The notes under the pieces are model-generated. The model saw only the letters and a program-made list of their open reading frames with translations, was not told where the DNA came from and did no database searches. The translations under genes were made by a program, and so were the position numbers. A stretch of 64,000 bases of DNA, taken from positions 416,001 to 480,000 of the forward strand of contig OY781945.1 in NCBI GenBank assembly GCA_963677435.1, given 5' to 3'. Shown piece after piece: positions 19,828 through 30,075 of the stretch. Numbering within the stretch: the first letter of the stretch is position 1; each line of letters starts with the position of its first letter. Origin of the DNA: an uncultured Aliarcobacter sp. (lineage in GTDB: Bacteria > Campylobacterota > Campylobacteria > Campylobacterales > Arcobacteraceae).

Positions 19828-20395
19828 TAATTTAGCAGTTTTAATCCTAGCAGCTGGAAAATCATCAAGACTAGGAGCAATAACTAAACAGCTTTTAAAA
19901 TACAAAGATGAAAGTTTCCTAAAAATAGCTGTTAAAAAAGCCCTTGAAATTTCATCTAATGTCTATGTAGTTTTAGGTCATAATAGTGAGGAATGCCAAA
20001 AAGAGTTGGTGCAATTTGATATTAATATTTTATATAATAAAGATTATGAAAAAGGTTTAGGAGCTTCTTTATCTTTTGGAATAAATCATAGCTCAAAGTT
20101 TGATAATACATTGGTTTTATTATGTGACCAACCTTTTATACCTTTAAGTCATTTAGAAAAATTAAGAAATAGCATAGACAATAAAACAATAATAAGCTCA
20201 TTTTATAAACATACTAACAAATCAACAGTTCCTGCAATTTTTCCAAAAAAGTATTATGCTGAACTTGAAAAATTAAATGAAGATTTTGGTGCAAAACATC
20301 TACTGCAAAACTCTCAAACAATAAATATAGAACTTGAGAAAGAGTTTGCAGTTGATATTGATACTAAAGAAGATATTGAGAAATATCTGAAATAA
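19814..20395 (+). CDS. MocA-like molybdenum cofactor cytidylyltransferase
   Basis: ILAAGKSSRLG..KQLL, LCDQP, PAIF, DIDT; ATG at 19814 is preferred. Confidence 0.85.
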   Translation: MQKSNNLAVLILAAGKSSRLGAITKQLLKYKDESFLKIAVKKALEISSNVYVVLGHNSEECQKELVQFDINILYNKDYEKGLGASLSFGINHSSKFDNTLVLLCDQPFIPLSHLEKLRNSIDNKTIISSFYKHTNKSTVPAIFPKKYYAELEKLNEDFGAKHLLQNSQTINIELEKEFAVDIDTKEDIEKYLK

Positions 20396-20431
20396 TTAAG
20401 TTTTTCTATTAGTTTATTACAGAATCAATTT

Positions 20432-22303
20432 TTATTGATTCTGCGATTTTATATTTATATTTAAATGAATAATATCTAAAGCTGCTGGTGTAATTCCAGA
20501 AATTAAACTTGCATTATACAAAGTTGGTGGTCTATGTTTTTCAAGTTTTTCTATAACTTCATTTGATAATCCAGCAAGTCCTTTGAAAGAGAAGTTTTCA
20601 GGGATTGTTGCTTTTAGCATTTTTTTCATTTTTTCAATTTGTTTTTGTTGTTTTTGAATATATCTATAATATTTTGCTTCAATAATTATTTGCTCTTTTA
20701 AATAATCATCAATTGAAGCTAAAGTTGGAACTAATTTGTCAAATTTAGGTGCATCAATTGTGTTTCTTCCTATTAAATCTATAAGTAAAACTTTATCATT
20801 GATTTTCTCTTCACCAATTGATTCAAGTAGTTCTAAAGTCTCTTTTTTAGAAGTTACCCATTCATTTGCCATAAACTCAATTGCTTCATCTATAACTTTT
20901 CTTTTATTTTCTACTTTTGCCATTGTATTATCATCTATTAGACCAAAATTATGACCATATTGTGATAATCTTAAATCAGCATTTTCTTCTCTTAAAAGAA
21001 GTCTATATTCAGCTCGTGAAGTGAACATTCTATATGGTTCATTAGTTCCTTTTGTAACTAAATCATCAATTAAAACTCCAATATAAGCTTCATCTCGTCT
21101 TAAAATAAATGGCTCTTTTTCATCAATTGCAAGTGCTGCATTAATTCCTGCCATTAATCCTTGTGCTGCTGCTTCTTCATAACCTGTTGTTGCATTTATT
21201 TGTCCAGCATTGTAAAGGTTTTTTAGTTTTTTAGTTTCAAGCGTATGTTTTAACTCAGTTGGGTCAATATAATCATACTCAATTGCATATCCATATCTAA
21301 CAATTTTTGCATTTTCAAGACCTTTAATTGAGTGAATCATCTCTTTTTGAACATCAATTGGTAAAGATGTACTAAGACCATTTATATAATACTCTGTACA
21401 CATTGCTGTTTGAGGTTCTAAAAATAGTTGATGTCTATCTCGTTCGCTAAATCTATTCACTTTATCTTCAATACTTGGACAATATCTAGGCCCCAGTCCT
21501 TCAATTTGACCTGTAAAAAGTGGTGCTCTATAGAAGTTTGAAGATATTTTTTCATGGGTAGCTAAATTTGTATATGTGATATAACAAGGAAATTGAGTTG
21601 GAGAAAATTTCGATTTATCTGTTCTAAAAGAAAAAGGTGAGGGATTTACATCACCACCGTGCATATCCATAGATGAAAAATCAATAGAGTTTGCATCAAT
21701 TCTTGATGGAGTCCCCGTTTTTAATCTTCCAACATTTAAACCTAATTCTTTTAATTGAATTGAAAGTGTGCTAGATGGTAATTCCCAAGCTCGTCCAGCA
21801 GAATAACTATTTTCACCAATGTGAATAAGTCCTCTCATAAAAGTTCCAGTTGTAATGATCACTTTTTTAGAAGTGAACTCTTCTGTTAATTTTGTTTTAA
21901 CTCCGTAAACTTCATTTTTGTCATTTACTAATAGTGCAGATACTTCATCTTGATATACTTCTAAATTAGGTGTATTATGACAAACTTTTCTCATATACTC
22001 TCTATATTTATCCATATCAATTTGAGCTCGACTTCCTTGAACAGCTGCACCTTTTGAGGCATTTAATATTCTAAATTGAATACCAGCTGTATCAGTACAA
22101 AGTCCCATTTCTCCACCGATTGCATCAAGTTCCCGCACTAAGTGACCTTTTGCAAGACCTCCTACTGCTGGGTTACAACTTGCTGCACCTATTTGCTCTA
22201 CTAACATAGTAATTAGAAGAGTTTTTTTACCCATTCTTGCACTTGCCAGTGAGGCTTCAATTCCTGCATGCCCACCACCAACAACAATTACATCATAATC
22301 CAT
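20432..22303 (-). CDS. mnmG: tRNA uridine-5-carboxymethylaminomethyl modification enzyme MnmG (GidA)
   Basis: [37 protein letters not shown] at 22303 with AAGGA SD. Confidence 0.98.
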   Translation of the reverse strand: MDYDVIVVGGGHAGIEASLASARMGKKTLLITMLVEQIGAASCNPAVGGLAKGHLVRELDAIGGEMGLCTDTAGIQFRILNASKGAAVQGSRAQIDMDKYREYMRKVCHNTPNLEVYQDEVSALLVNDKNEVYGVKTKLTEEFTSKKVIITTGTFMRGLIHIGENSYSAGRAWELPSSTLSIQLKELGLNVGRLKTGTPSRIDANSIDFSSMDMHGGDVNPSPFSFRTDKSKFSPTQFPCYITYTNLATHEKISSNFYRAPLFTGQIEGLGPRYCPSIEDKVNRFSERDRHQLFLEPQTAMCTEYYINGLSTSLPIDVQKEMIHSIKGLENAKIVRYGYAIEYDYIDPTELKHTLETKKLKNLYNAGQINATTGYEEAAAQGLMAGINAALAIDEKEPFILRRDEAYIGVLIDDLVTKGTNEPYRMFTSRAEYRLLLREENADLRLSQYGHNFGLIDDNTMAKVENKRKVIDEAIEFMANEWVTSKKETLELLESIGEEKINDKVLLIDLIGRNTIDAPKFDKLVPTLASIDDYLKEQIIIEAKYYRYIQKQQKQIEKMKKMLKATIPENFSFKGLAGLSNEVIEKLEKHRPPTLYNASLISGITPAALDIIHLNINIKSQNQ

Positions 22304-22343
22304 ATTGTTCCTTATATACTTTTTTTGTGATTTAATATTTGGA

Positions 22344-22387
22344 AAATTTCTTAGATAAATGTTTTCTTCCACTTATCTAAGAAATTT
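22344..22387 (-). promoter_or_regulatory. Long hairpin in the mnmG leader / mnmG-ribE spacer
   Basis: 15-bp perfect IR AAATTTCTTAGATAA...TTATCTAAGAAATTT; 18-bp stem on minus-strand RNA. Confidence 0.6.
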
Positions 22388-22461
22388 GCGAAAAGTAGTT
22401 AAAATTAGCTTCTTAACAATTTTTCGATATTATACCTAAAATATATCAAAAGGTTTTTTAA

Positions 22462-23085
22462 GTGTTTACAGGACTTATAAGAGAGATGGCAAAAGTTGTT
22501 AGTTTTAAAAACAATTTTTTGACACTACATGCGAAATACAATCCAAAAATTGGAGATTCAATAGCAATAAATGGAGCTTGTTTAACTGTTGTAAAAGTTA
22601 CAAGTGAAACATTTACAGTTGAACTTTCACCAGAATCACAAAATATTCTTGCAATGGAAAACTATAAAAATGAAGTACATATGGAACCTGCAATGATGAT
22701 GGGGGATAGGTTCGAAGGTCACATTGTTCAAGGACATGTTGATTGTCTAGGAACAGTTAAATCTATAAAAGCAAATGGTAATTCAACAGATTTTTTTATC
22801 TCCTTACCAAGTGAATATTCAAAATATATTATTCCAAAAGGTAGTGTTACAATTGATGGAGTTTCACTTACAGTAAATGAAGTTATGAAAGACTCTTTTA
22901 GACTTACAATAATTCCTCATACTGTTAAAAATACACTATTTAAAAACTATAAAGTTGGAACAAAAGTAAATTTAGAAACAGATATGTTTGCTAGATATAT
23001 TTATAATATTGTTTCGGGGAATAAAGAGAAAAAAGATAATGGTTTAAGTTGGGGAGATGTTGATAAGATAATGGCTAATTATTAG
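22462..23085 (+). CDS. ribE: Riboflavin synthase (alpha chain)
   Basis: MFTGL N-terminus, GDSIAINGACLT, GHIVQGHVD, KGSVTIDGVSLT. Confidence 0.96.
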   Translation: MFTGLIREMAKVVSFKNNFLTLHAKYNPKIGDSIAINGACLTVVKVTSETFTVELSPESQNILAMENYKNEVHMEPAMMMGDRFEGHIVQGHVDCLGTVKSIKANGNSTDFFISLPSEYSKYIIPKGSVTIDGVSLTVNEVMKDSFRLTIIPHTVKNTLFKNYKVGTKVNLETDMFARYIYNIVSGNKEKKDNGLSWGDVDKIMANY

Positions 23086-23091
23086 AATATT

Positions 23092-23928
23092 TTATTCTTT
23101 ATTTTTAGCATTTTCCTTATCTTTATCTTTTTTTGTATCTTTATTTTCAATAGGAGTATTTACATATTCAGGAGTATTTTTATAAGTATAAAAATACTTT
23201 TTCTTTAAAACATTTGCATAAGGTTTTACAGTTGCAATTTTCATATCTGCTAAATCAGTAACTTCAATAATTCTTCCAACTTTTAGACCTTCATAAAAGA
23301 TGTTATCCATTCCTGAAGTTATAACTTCATCACCTTTTTTGATATCTGCCCAAATAGGTATAAATTTGATTTCCAATTCATCTTGTTTTGATGATGCTGT
23401 AATAATTCCAGGTGCTTTTCCCTCACCAATAAAAACAGCATAAGTACAATCTTTATTTCCATTTAATAATCCAACTGCTCGACCATCTTTATTAACAACA
23501 ATACCAGCTGAGTAATTATCTGTAATAAGACCTAAAATTGAATCATTATTGATTTTTTTATCTAACCAAACTTTTGTAAAATCATCAAAATTTATATATG
23601 AAAGAACTTTTACAAGTTCAATTTTTGGATTATTATCTGGAATATCAACATTTACTAAAAACTCTTTTAGAGTATTAAGTTGATTTTGTGTAGTTTCGTA
23701 TAAGATTTTATACTCTTTTAATTCATTGTTTTCAGTTTTTAATTTATTTATTGTATTTACTTGTTCAAAGTGTTTTTCAATAGAAGTTGAGAAATTAATA
23801 ATTTTATTTATATATGATACTTTAATATCATTAACAAAACTAAACTTTTCAACTAGCAGTTCATCTATCTTAAAAAGATAAGACAAACCTGCAATTATAA
23901 AAAGAAATGCAAAAATGAATTTACGCAT
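23092..23928 (-). CDS. mreC: Rod shape-determining protein MreC
   Basis: N-terminal TM plus coiled coil, GDEVITSGMDNIFYEGLKVG; follows mreB. Confidence 0.92.
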   Translation of the reverse strand: MRKFIFAFLFIIAGLSYLFKIDELLVEKFSFVNDIKVSYINKIINFSTSIEKHFEQVNTINKLKTENNELKEYKILYETTQNQLNTLKEFLVNVDIPDNNPKIELVKVLSYINFDDFTKVWLDKKINNDSILGLITDNYSAGIVVNKDGRAVGLLNGNKDCTYAVFIGEGKAPGIITASSKQDELEIKFIPIWADIKKGDEVITSGMDNIFYEGLKVGRIIEVTDLADMKIATVKPYANVLKKKYFYTYKNTPEYVNTPIENKDTKKDKDKENAKNKE

Positions 23929-24952
23929 TAGTGATTAATTTTAATAACTCTGCTTGATCTAGTACTTGACTTGTACCATATGCAACTGATAATAAAGGCT
24001 CATCAGCAATTTTTACCGGAAGTTTAATAATGTCAGCTAAATAAGTATCTAACCCTCTAATTAAAGCGCCACCACCTGTAATAATAACTCCATTATCAAC
24101 AATATCACTTGCTAAATCTGGTGGCATATTTTCTAAAACACTTTTGATTGCTGAAACAATCTCTTTAAGAGGTTCTTTTATTGCAATTCTAACACCTTCA
24201 CTACCAAGTTCAATAGTTGAAAGTAAACCAGAGTTATCTCTTCCTTTTACTTTCATTTTTAGTTCAGTATCAAGTTTTATTGCTGTTCCAATTTCAATTT
24301 TGATATTTTCAGCAGTTCTTTCACCAATAAATAGATTATAGTTTTGTCTAACATGCTCAATAATTGATTTGTCAAATTTATCACCAGCAACTTTTATTGA
24401 TTTACATAAAACTAATCCACCAAGTGAAGTAACACCAATTTCAGTTGTTCCTCCCCCAATATCAACAATCACATAACCAGATGGATCAGATACAGGAATT
24501 CCAGCACCAATAGCCGCTGCCATTGGTTCTTCAACTAGGAAAACTTCTCTTGCACCTGCGCTCATTGCTGATTCTTCAACTGCTTTTTTCTCAACTTGAG
24601 TAATTCCATAAGGGATACAAATAATAATTCTAGGTCTAATAAAAGATTTTCTAGAGTGTGCTTTTTCGATAAAATATCTAATCATTCTTTCAGTCATCTC
24701 AAAATCTGCAATAACACCATCTTGCATTGGACGAACAGCTTGAATATTTAATGGAGTTTTACCAATCATTTGTTTAGCTTCTTGTCCAACAGCTAAAATT
24801 CTATCTTTACCATGTCTATCACTTTGAACCGCAACAACTGATGGTTCATTAATGATAATTCCTTTTCCTCTAACTGAAACGATTGTATTTGCAGTTCCCA
24901 AGTCAATTGCCATATCACTTGAAAAAAGACCTATTAATTTATCTAAAAACAC
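23921..24952 (-). CDS. mreB: Rod shape-determining protein MreB
   Basis: AIDLGTANT, EEPMAAAIG, DIGGGTTE, TGGGALIRG. Confidence 0.98.
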   Translation of the reverse strand: MFLDKLIGLFSSDMAIDLGTANTIVSVRGKGIIINEPSVVAVQSDRHGKDRILAVGQEAKQMIGKTPLNIQAVRPMQDGVIADFEMTERMIRYFIEKAHSRKSFIRPRIIICIPYGITQVEKKAVEESAMSAGAREVFLVEEPMAAAIGAGIPVSDPSGYVIVDIGGGTTEIGVTSLGGLVLCKSIKVAGDKFDKSIIEHVRQNYNLFIGERTAENIKIEIGTAIKLDTELKMKVKGRDNSGLLSTIELGSEGVRIAIKEPLKEIVSAIKSVLENMPPDLASDIVDNGVIITGGGALIRGLDTYLADIIKLPVKIADEPLLSVAYGTSQVLDQAELLKLITNA

Positions 24953-24966
24953 TTGTATATCCTTTT

Positions 24967-26187
24967 TTATGCTACTTTTGGTTCTTCGGTTTTAAGAACG
25001 ACTTCTTTTGAAATAGTAATAGTTTTATTTTTATATTTTGGAAGATCAAACATTATATCTAACATAATGTCTTCTAAAATTGAACGCAATCCTCTAGCTC
25101 CAGTTTTTCTAATAATCGCTAGTTTTGCTAACTCTTTTAGTGCATCTTTTTCAAATTCTAATTTAACATCATCCATTTGGAAAAGTTTGATATATTGTTT
25201 AATTAATGCATTTTTTGGTTCAGTTAAAATATGAACCATATCATCTTCTGTTATTTCATTTAAAGTTGCAACCATATGAAGTCTTCCTATTAATTCAGGA
25301 ATCAAACCATATTTTACTAAATCGTCTGCTTCTACTTTTGATAAAACTTTATCATGGTCATTTTTACCTTTTTTATCTTGATTAAATCCCAGTACATTTG
25401 CACCATGTTTTTTCTTGATAATATCTTCAAGGCCATCAAAAGCTCCACCACAAATAAATAAAATATTTGTAGTATCAACTTGAAGTGCATCTTGACCAGG
25501 ATGTTTTCTTCCACCTTTTGGTGGAACATTTACAACAGAACCTTCAACAATTTTTAATAAAGCTTGTTGAACTCCTTCTCCTGAAACATCTCTTGTAATT
25601 GATCTATTTTCACTCATTCGAGCTACTTTATCAACTTCATCAATGAAAATAATTCCTCTTTCTGCTTTTTTAATATCTCCATCAGCTGCTTGAACAAGTC
25701 TTGTTACAACATTTTCAACATCATCTCCAACATATCCAGCTTCTGTTAAAGAAGTAGCATCAGCAATTGCTAAAGGAACATCTAGATATTTAGAAATAGT
25801 TTGAGCAAGTAGTGTTTTTCCTGAACCAGTTGGCCCAATTAAAAGAACATTTGATTTATTTAATTCTGTATCATCATCAATTTCATTATGTCTAAAAATT
25901 CTCTTATAATGGTTGTACACTGCAACTGATAGAACTTTCTTAGCTCTATCTTGCCCAATTACATACTCATCTAATATTTTTTTTAGTTCAGCTGGAGTTT
26001 TAATTTTAATCTCTTTAGCTTCTACAGGAGTGCTTTTATTATCACCTTGTTCGTCTGGATGACTTCCATTCATAATTTCATTTGCAGCTGTTATACAAGC
26101 TTTACAAATACAAGCATTGTCTCCTGCAATTACTGGATTATCTCTCGTATCCGTTGCTCCACAAAAATCACATATAATCTTACTCAT
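24967..26187 (-). CDS. clpX: ATP-dependent Clp protease ATP-binding subunit ClpX
   Basis: C4 zinc finger, [22 protein letters not shown]. Confidence 0.98.
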   Translation of the reverse strand: MSKIICDFCGATDTRDNPVIAGDNACICKACITAANEIMNGSHPDEQGDNKSTPVEAKEIKIKTPAELKKILDEYVIGQDRAKKVLSVAVYNHYKRIFRHNEIDDDTELNKSNVLLIGPTGSGKTLLAQTISKYLDVPLAIADATSLTEAGYVGDDVENVVTRLVQAADGDIKKAERGIIFIDEVDKVARMSENRSITRDVSGEGVQQALLKIVEGSVVNVPPKGGRKHPGQDALQVDTTNILFICGGAFDGLEDIIKKKHGANVLGFNQDKKGKNDHDKVLSKVEADDLVKYGLIPELIGRLHMVATLNEITEDDMVHILTEPKNALIKQYIKLFQMDDVKLEFEKDALKELAKLAIIRKTGARGLRSILEDIMLDIMFDLPKYKNKTITISKEVVLKTEEPKVA

Positions 26188-26199
26188 TTTCTACCTATC

Positions 26200-26982
26200 T
26201 TACTTTCTGTTAAAAGGAATACCTCGTTTTGTATTTAATACAAAACTAGCTAATTCTTTAACATGTTTATTTTCATTTGTTTCAAACAATTCTCGTGCAA
26301 CTTCTTGAAGAGGTTTTCCAGATTCAAATAGTTCTTTATACGCTGATTTTATAGCATCTATATCTTCTCTATTATCAAATCTTCTTCTTAATCCTGTTAA
26401 GTTAAGACCTCTCAAAACTGCTTTATTTCCTTCTGCTAAACAAAATGGAGGAATATCTTGAGCAACAGCAGAAGCACCACCAACCATTACTTGAGTTCCT
26501 AATTTACAAAATTGATGAATAGGAGTTAATCCTCCAACAACAACAAAATCAGCACACTCAACATGACCTGCTAATGTTGCTCCATTTGCAAAAATACAAT
26601 TATCTCCAATAATACAATCATGGGCAACATGAGTATATCCCATAAATAGATTATTACTCCCAATTCTAGTAACAGAACCACCACCAATAGTTCCTGGATT
26701 AAATAGAGTAAATTCTCTTATTTTATTATTGTCTCCAATAATTAATTCAACATCTTCACCATTGAATTTTAAATCTTGAGGAATACTTCCTATACTAGCA
26801 TGAGAAAAAATTTGATTATTTTTGCCAATAGTAGTTTTACCTTCAATTAGCGTATGCGAATGGATAACTGTTCCATCACCAATTTTTACATCTTTACCAA
26901 TAATTGTAAAAGCACCAATAGTGATATTATCACCTAATACTGCACCTTCTTCAATTATTGCTGTTTTATGAATATTGTTCAT
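26200..26982 (-). CDS. lpxA: UDP-N-acetylglucosamine acyltransferase LpxA
   Basis: Hexapeptide repeats, PQDLKF, HVAHDC, LAGHV. Confidence 0.97.
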   Translation of the reverse strand: MNNIHKTAIIEEGAVLGDNITIGAFTIIGKDVKIGDGTVIHSHTLIEGKTTIGKNNQIFSHASIGSIPQDLKFNGEDVELIIGDNNKIREFTLFNPGTIGGGSVTRIGSNNLFMGYTHVAHDCIIGDNCIFANGATLAGHVECADFVVVGGLTPIHQFCKLGTQVMVGGASAVAQDIPPFCLAEGNKAVLRGLNLTGLRRRFDNREDIDAIKSAYKELFESGKPLQEVARELFETNENKHVKELASFVLNTKRGIPFNRK

Positions 26983-26993
26983 TTATTTGCCTA

Positions 26994-27437
26994 TTATTTA
27001 TCAACTATCATAGCTTTTAATTCTGCTTCTGCTGCTAATTTTCCATCAACATAGGCTTTTCCTATTAGAGTCATTAAAGAACTTTTCATTCTAACAACAT
27101 CTAATTCATAATCTAATCTATCACCTGGTTTTACAGGAATTCTAAATTTTGCTTTGTCTATGCTCATAAAATAGATTACTTTCTTTTTCATCTCTTCGTC
27201 TGATAAATCTGAACTTTTAAGAGCTAAAACACCACCACATTGAGCCATACCTTCTAAAATTAATACACCTGGATAAATTGGATGACCTGGAAAGTGTCCT
27301 TGAAAAGCTGGTTCTGATATAGAAACATTTTTGAAACCTTTAATAGATTTTTTAAGTTCCATATCTGTAATTCTGTCCACAAGTAACATTGGGTATCTAT
27401 GAGGAAGAATCTCTTGAATTTGTGTAATATCTAACAT
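26994..27437 (-). CDS. fabZ: 3-hydroxyacyl-ACP dehydratase FabZ
   Basis: [31 protein letters not shown]. Confidence 0.97.
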   Translation of the reverse strand: MLDITQIQEILPHRYPMLLVDRITDMELKKSIKGFKNVSISEPAFQGHFPGHPIYPGVLILEGMAQCGGVLALKSSDLSDEEMKKKVIYFMSIDKAKFRIPVKPGDRLDYELDVVRMKSSLMTLIGKAYVDGKLAAEAELKAMIVDK

Positions 27438-27488
27438 ATAATATCCTGATTTTTTTATTGAATGACAAATATTATATCTAAAAAAAAA

Positions 27489-28532
27489 TTAGTTTTGAAT
27501 TATCTCTGCAACATTTTGAGAACTTCCATTTCCTAGATATTTCCTTAGCATTTTTGAATTATCAAAAAATAATTTTTTATCCATATTTTGATAGTCATTT
27601 AAAAGATTTTCAAGGTTTACATCTTTTTGTAAAAATTCACTATGTAAAGGATTTTTCCCCATTTTTTCAAAAAAGATATTTGCAAGACCAACATAGTTTA
27701 ATTTAACAAAAAGTTTTCCTATAAAGAAATCCAGTTTTTTTGCAATATATGAGAGAGTAAATGGTGTTCCAATAAGTGCTGCTTCAAGTGTAGCTGTTCC
27801 TGAGCAAATAAATGCATATTCGCTTTGCTGTAAAGTTTCGTGAGCATTTCTTGAAATCGTGAAGTTTGAAATATCTCCATAAATTTTATTTATGTATTCT
27901 TTGTCAAATTTTGCTGGAATTATTAAAATATACTCTTTATTTGGGATTTTTTTGATTAATTCTTTAAAAATTGGCATAAGATTTGTAATTTCAGTTTTTC
28001 TACTTCCTGGCATAAAAGCAATTTTATTTGTTGGAATCAATTCATTTTTAAACTCTTTTATTTCATCAAGTAGTGGATGTCCTACATAAGTGATTTTATT
28101 TTTATCGTTATAAATTTCACTCTCAAAAGGAATGATTGAGCAAAGTTTTGAACAATATTTTTCTAATTTTTTTACTCTTCCTTTTTTCCAAGCCCAAGCT
28201 TGAGGAAGAATATAATAGATAATCTCTTTTTCTGGATAAGTTTCCCTTAGCTTTTTGGCTAAAGGAAGATTAAATCCTGAACTATCCATTAGTAAAACTT
28301 TGTCACAATCTTGTGCTAATTCAACTAATTCATCTCTTAATTTAAAAAAGAATCTAAGTTTTTTAAGAGCATCAACAAATCCCATAATTGCTAATGAAGT
28401 TAAATCATATAAGGGATTCCCAAGCTCTTTATCAAAAACTCCAACAAGTTCAATATCATGAGATAAATATTTTTTTAGCTCTTTTAAGTGAACATTTGAT
28501 GAGGTTTCCATAGCACATACAAGAAGTTTCAT
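27489..28532 (-). CDS. lpxB: Lipid-A-disaccharide synthase LpxB
   Basis: PQAWAW, YVGHPL, PGSR..E, SGTATLE, GLANI. Confidence 0.96.
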   Translation of the reverse strand: MKLLVCAMETSSNVHLKELKKYLSHDIELVGVFDKELGNPLYDLTSLAIMGFVDALKKLRFFFKLRDELVELAQDCDKVLLMDSSGFNLPLAKKLRETYPEKEIIYYILPQAWAWKKGRVKKLEKYCSKLCSIIPFESEIYNDKNKITYVGHPLLDEIKEFKNELIPTNKIAFMPGSRKTEITNLMPIFKELIKKIPNKEYILIIPAKFDKEYINKIYGDISNFTISRNAHETLQQSEYAFICSGTATLEAALIGTPFTLSYIAKKLDFFIGKLFVKLNYVGLANIFFEKMGKNPLHSEFLQKDVNLENLLNDYQNMDKKLFFDNSKMLRKYLGNGSSQNVAEIIQN

Positions 28533-29602
28533 ATAAGCTCTTCTTTTATATCTTCATAAGTTTCTGAGTTTATTTCTATCTCATATTTCTCATTTATGAT
28601 TTCATCAAGAACAATAATTGCACTTAAATCATAAGGATTTTTTAAAATAAGATTTCTCACCTCCAACTCTTGTTTGAATGTTAGTGGATTGTACATAAGC
28701 TCTTTTACATTTTTGTATGAAGCTGAAGCGAATAGATTAAATGTTGTAATATCAATGATTTTCACTTCATCTCTATTTAAGTAGTTTATTCCATCTTTTT
28801 CATACTCAATTCTTCCATTTGTTTTATTTCTGTTTATTGTTGAATAACATAAAATATATGATGGAACAATTTTTTTTGCAACTATAACTTTAGCTCCAAG
28901 AAGTCTATAATTTAAAAATCTTTGTTTAATGATTTTATAATCAGCTCCCGTTTCTTCTAACTCATTTCTTTTTTTATAAAGCTCAAGTCTTTCTTCAATT
29001 GACTCTGGCAATATTTGATTTGAAATTGGATTAAACATCTCATCCATTATCTTATCTTGAGCTTCCCTTTGGGCACTAAGACCAAACAGACAACCACAAT
29101 AATTTTGTCTATAAAGTGAATTTTCTTTTACTTTTTGACCTTGGATTTCTGCACCATTTCCAGCTTTGTAATCTCTATAAATAAACTCTAAACCTGTAAG
29201 TGATGAAAGATTGTTTCCAATTTTTTCTAATTTTTCTTGAGATTTTTTTGGAGAAATAAGTAGCGTTGTAGTAAATTTATTATGTCCTAATTCAACTGCT
29301 TTTTGAACAGTAGTATCGAGTCTATCATCATAACAAACTGTGCATCTATCACCTTTTTCAGGTAAATGCTCCATTCCTTTAACTTTTTTTAACCACTCTT
29401 CTAGGTTATAAGCACCTTCAATTAATTTTATACCCAACTTTTTACATGAGTATTCAACATCTAAATATCTTAATCTGTATTCACTATAAGGATGAATGTT
29501 AGGGTCATAAAAATAACCTACTAACTCTTCACTTGGAAATTCTTCTTTAATTCTTTCTAAAAAATAGTGACTATCAACTGCGCAACAAATATGAACTAGC
29601 AA
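28529..29602 (-). CDS. queH: Epoxyqueuosine reductase QueH (long epsilon form)
   Basis: HICCAVD, PNIHPYSEY, RCTVCY, YRQNYCGC; TTG at 29602 with AAAGG SD is preferred. Confidence 0.88.
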   Translation of the reverse strand: MLVHICCAVDSHYFLERIKEEFPSEELVGYFYDPNIHPYSEYRLRYLDVEYSCKKLGIKLIEGAYNLEEWLKKVKGMEHLPEKGDRCTVCYDDRLDTTVQKAVELGHNKFTTTLLISPKKSQEKLEKIGNNLSSLTGLEFIYRDYKAGNGAEIQGQKVKENSLYRQNYCGCLFGLSAQREAQDKIMDEMFNPISNQILPESIEERLELYKKRNELEETGADYKIIKQRFLNYRLLGAKVIVAKKIVPSYILCYSTINRNKTNGRIEYEKDGINYLNRDEVKIIDITTFNLFASASYKNVKELMYNPLTFKQELEVRNLILKNPYDLSAIIVLDEIINEKYEIEINSETYEDIKEELI

Positions 29603-29668
29603 TATAAAACCTTTAATTATATAATTTGATATAATTATAGTAAAAGTTTTCAAAACAAAGGATTAGCT

Positions 29669-30058
29669 ATAAAAAATTTATTTATTCTCATTTTTTCTAT
29701 ATTCATTTTTAGTGGATGTTTAGGTACAAATGATCCACAACTTAACTCATCAAGTGCTACGATTTTAATCAAAACTCCTCAAATGAAGTTTTATGATAAA
29801 GGTTTTATTTACAAATATAAAGATTACACACAAGTTCAGATTTTTAGTGCAGGAACGGCTGTTTTAGATATGAAAATATATGAAGACAAAGTTTGTAGAA
29901 GTACATTTAAATGTCAAGACTTAAAAACTTTTAATAAAGAGAATTTATCATCAACTTATCCTGATAACTTCCTAAAAGAGTTATTTGAACGAAATCAAAA
30001 AGAAGTTATTCACAGAGATAAGTCAAATGATATTTTGATTAAAATAATAAGAGACTAG
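29669..30058 (+). CDS. Putative lipoprotein with apparent ATA start
   Basis: In-frame extension IKNLFILIFSIFIFSGC (lipobox FSGC) upstream of the track ORF at 29783; AAGGA SD 6 nt before ATA. Confidence 0.72.
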   Translation: MKNLFILIFSIFIFSGCLGTNDPQLNSSSATILIKTPQMKFYDKGFIYKYKDYTQVQIFSAGTAVLDMKIYEDKVCRSTFKCQDLKTFNKENLSSTYPDNFLKELFERNQKEVIHRDKSNDILIKIIRD

Positions 30059-30075
30059 TTTTCTAGTCCTTTATT
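30046..30075. terminator. Bidirectional terminator between convergent genes
   Basis: GACTAG-TTTT-CTAGTC core with flanking AATAA/TTATT. Confidence 0.6.

Noticed and set aside
15097..20395. Mobile genomic island
   Set aside because: No integrase, transposase, tRNA or flanking direct repeat seen; composition looks host-like by eye
22304..22372. 23-aa N-terminal extension of MnmG
   Set aside because: Conserved sequence starts at [11 protein letters not shown] with a good SD; the GTG lacks an SD and lies in the hairpin
22304..22461. FMN riboswitch upstream of ribE
   Set aside because: No RFN consensus (AGGGCGGGGTGAAATTCCC-like); the spacer is too AT-rich
24967..26187. clpX without adjacent clpP as an anomaly
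   Set aside because: fabZ-lpxA-clpX-mreB-mreC is the standard Campylobacterota arrangement
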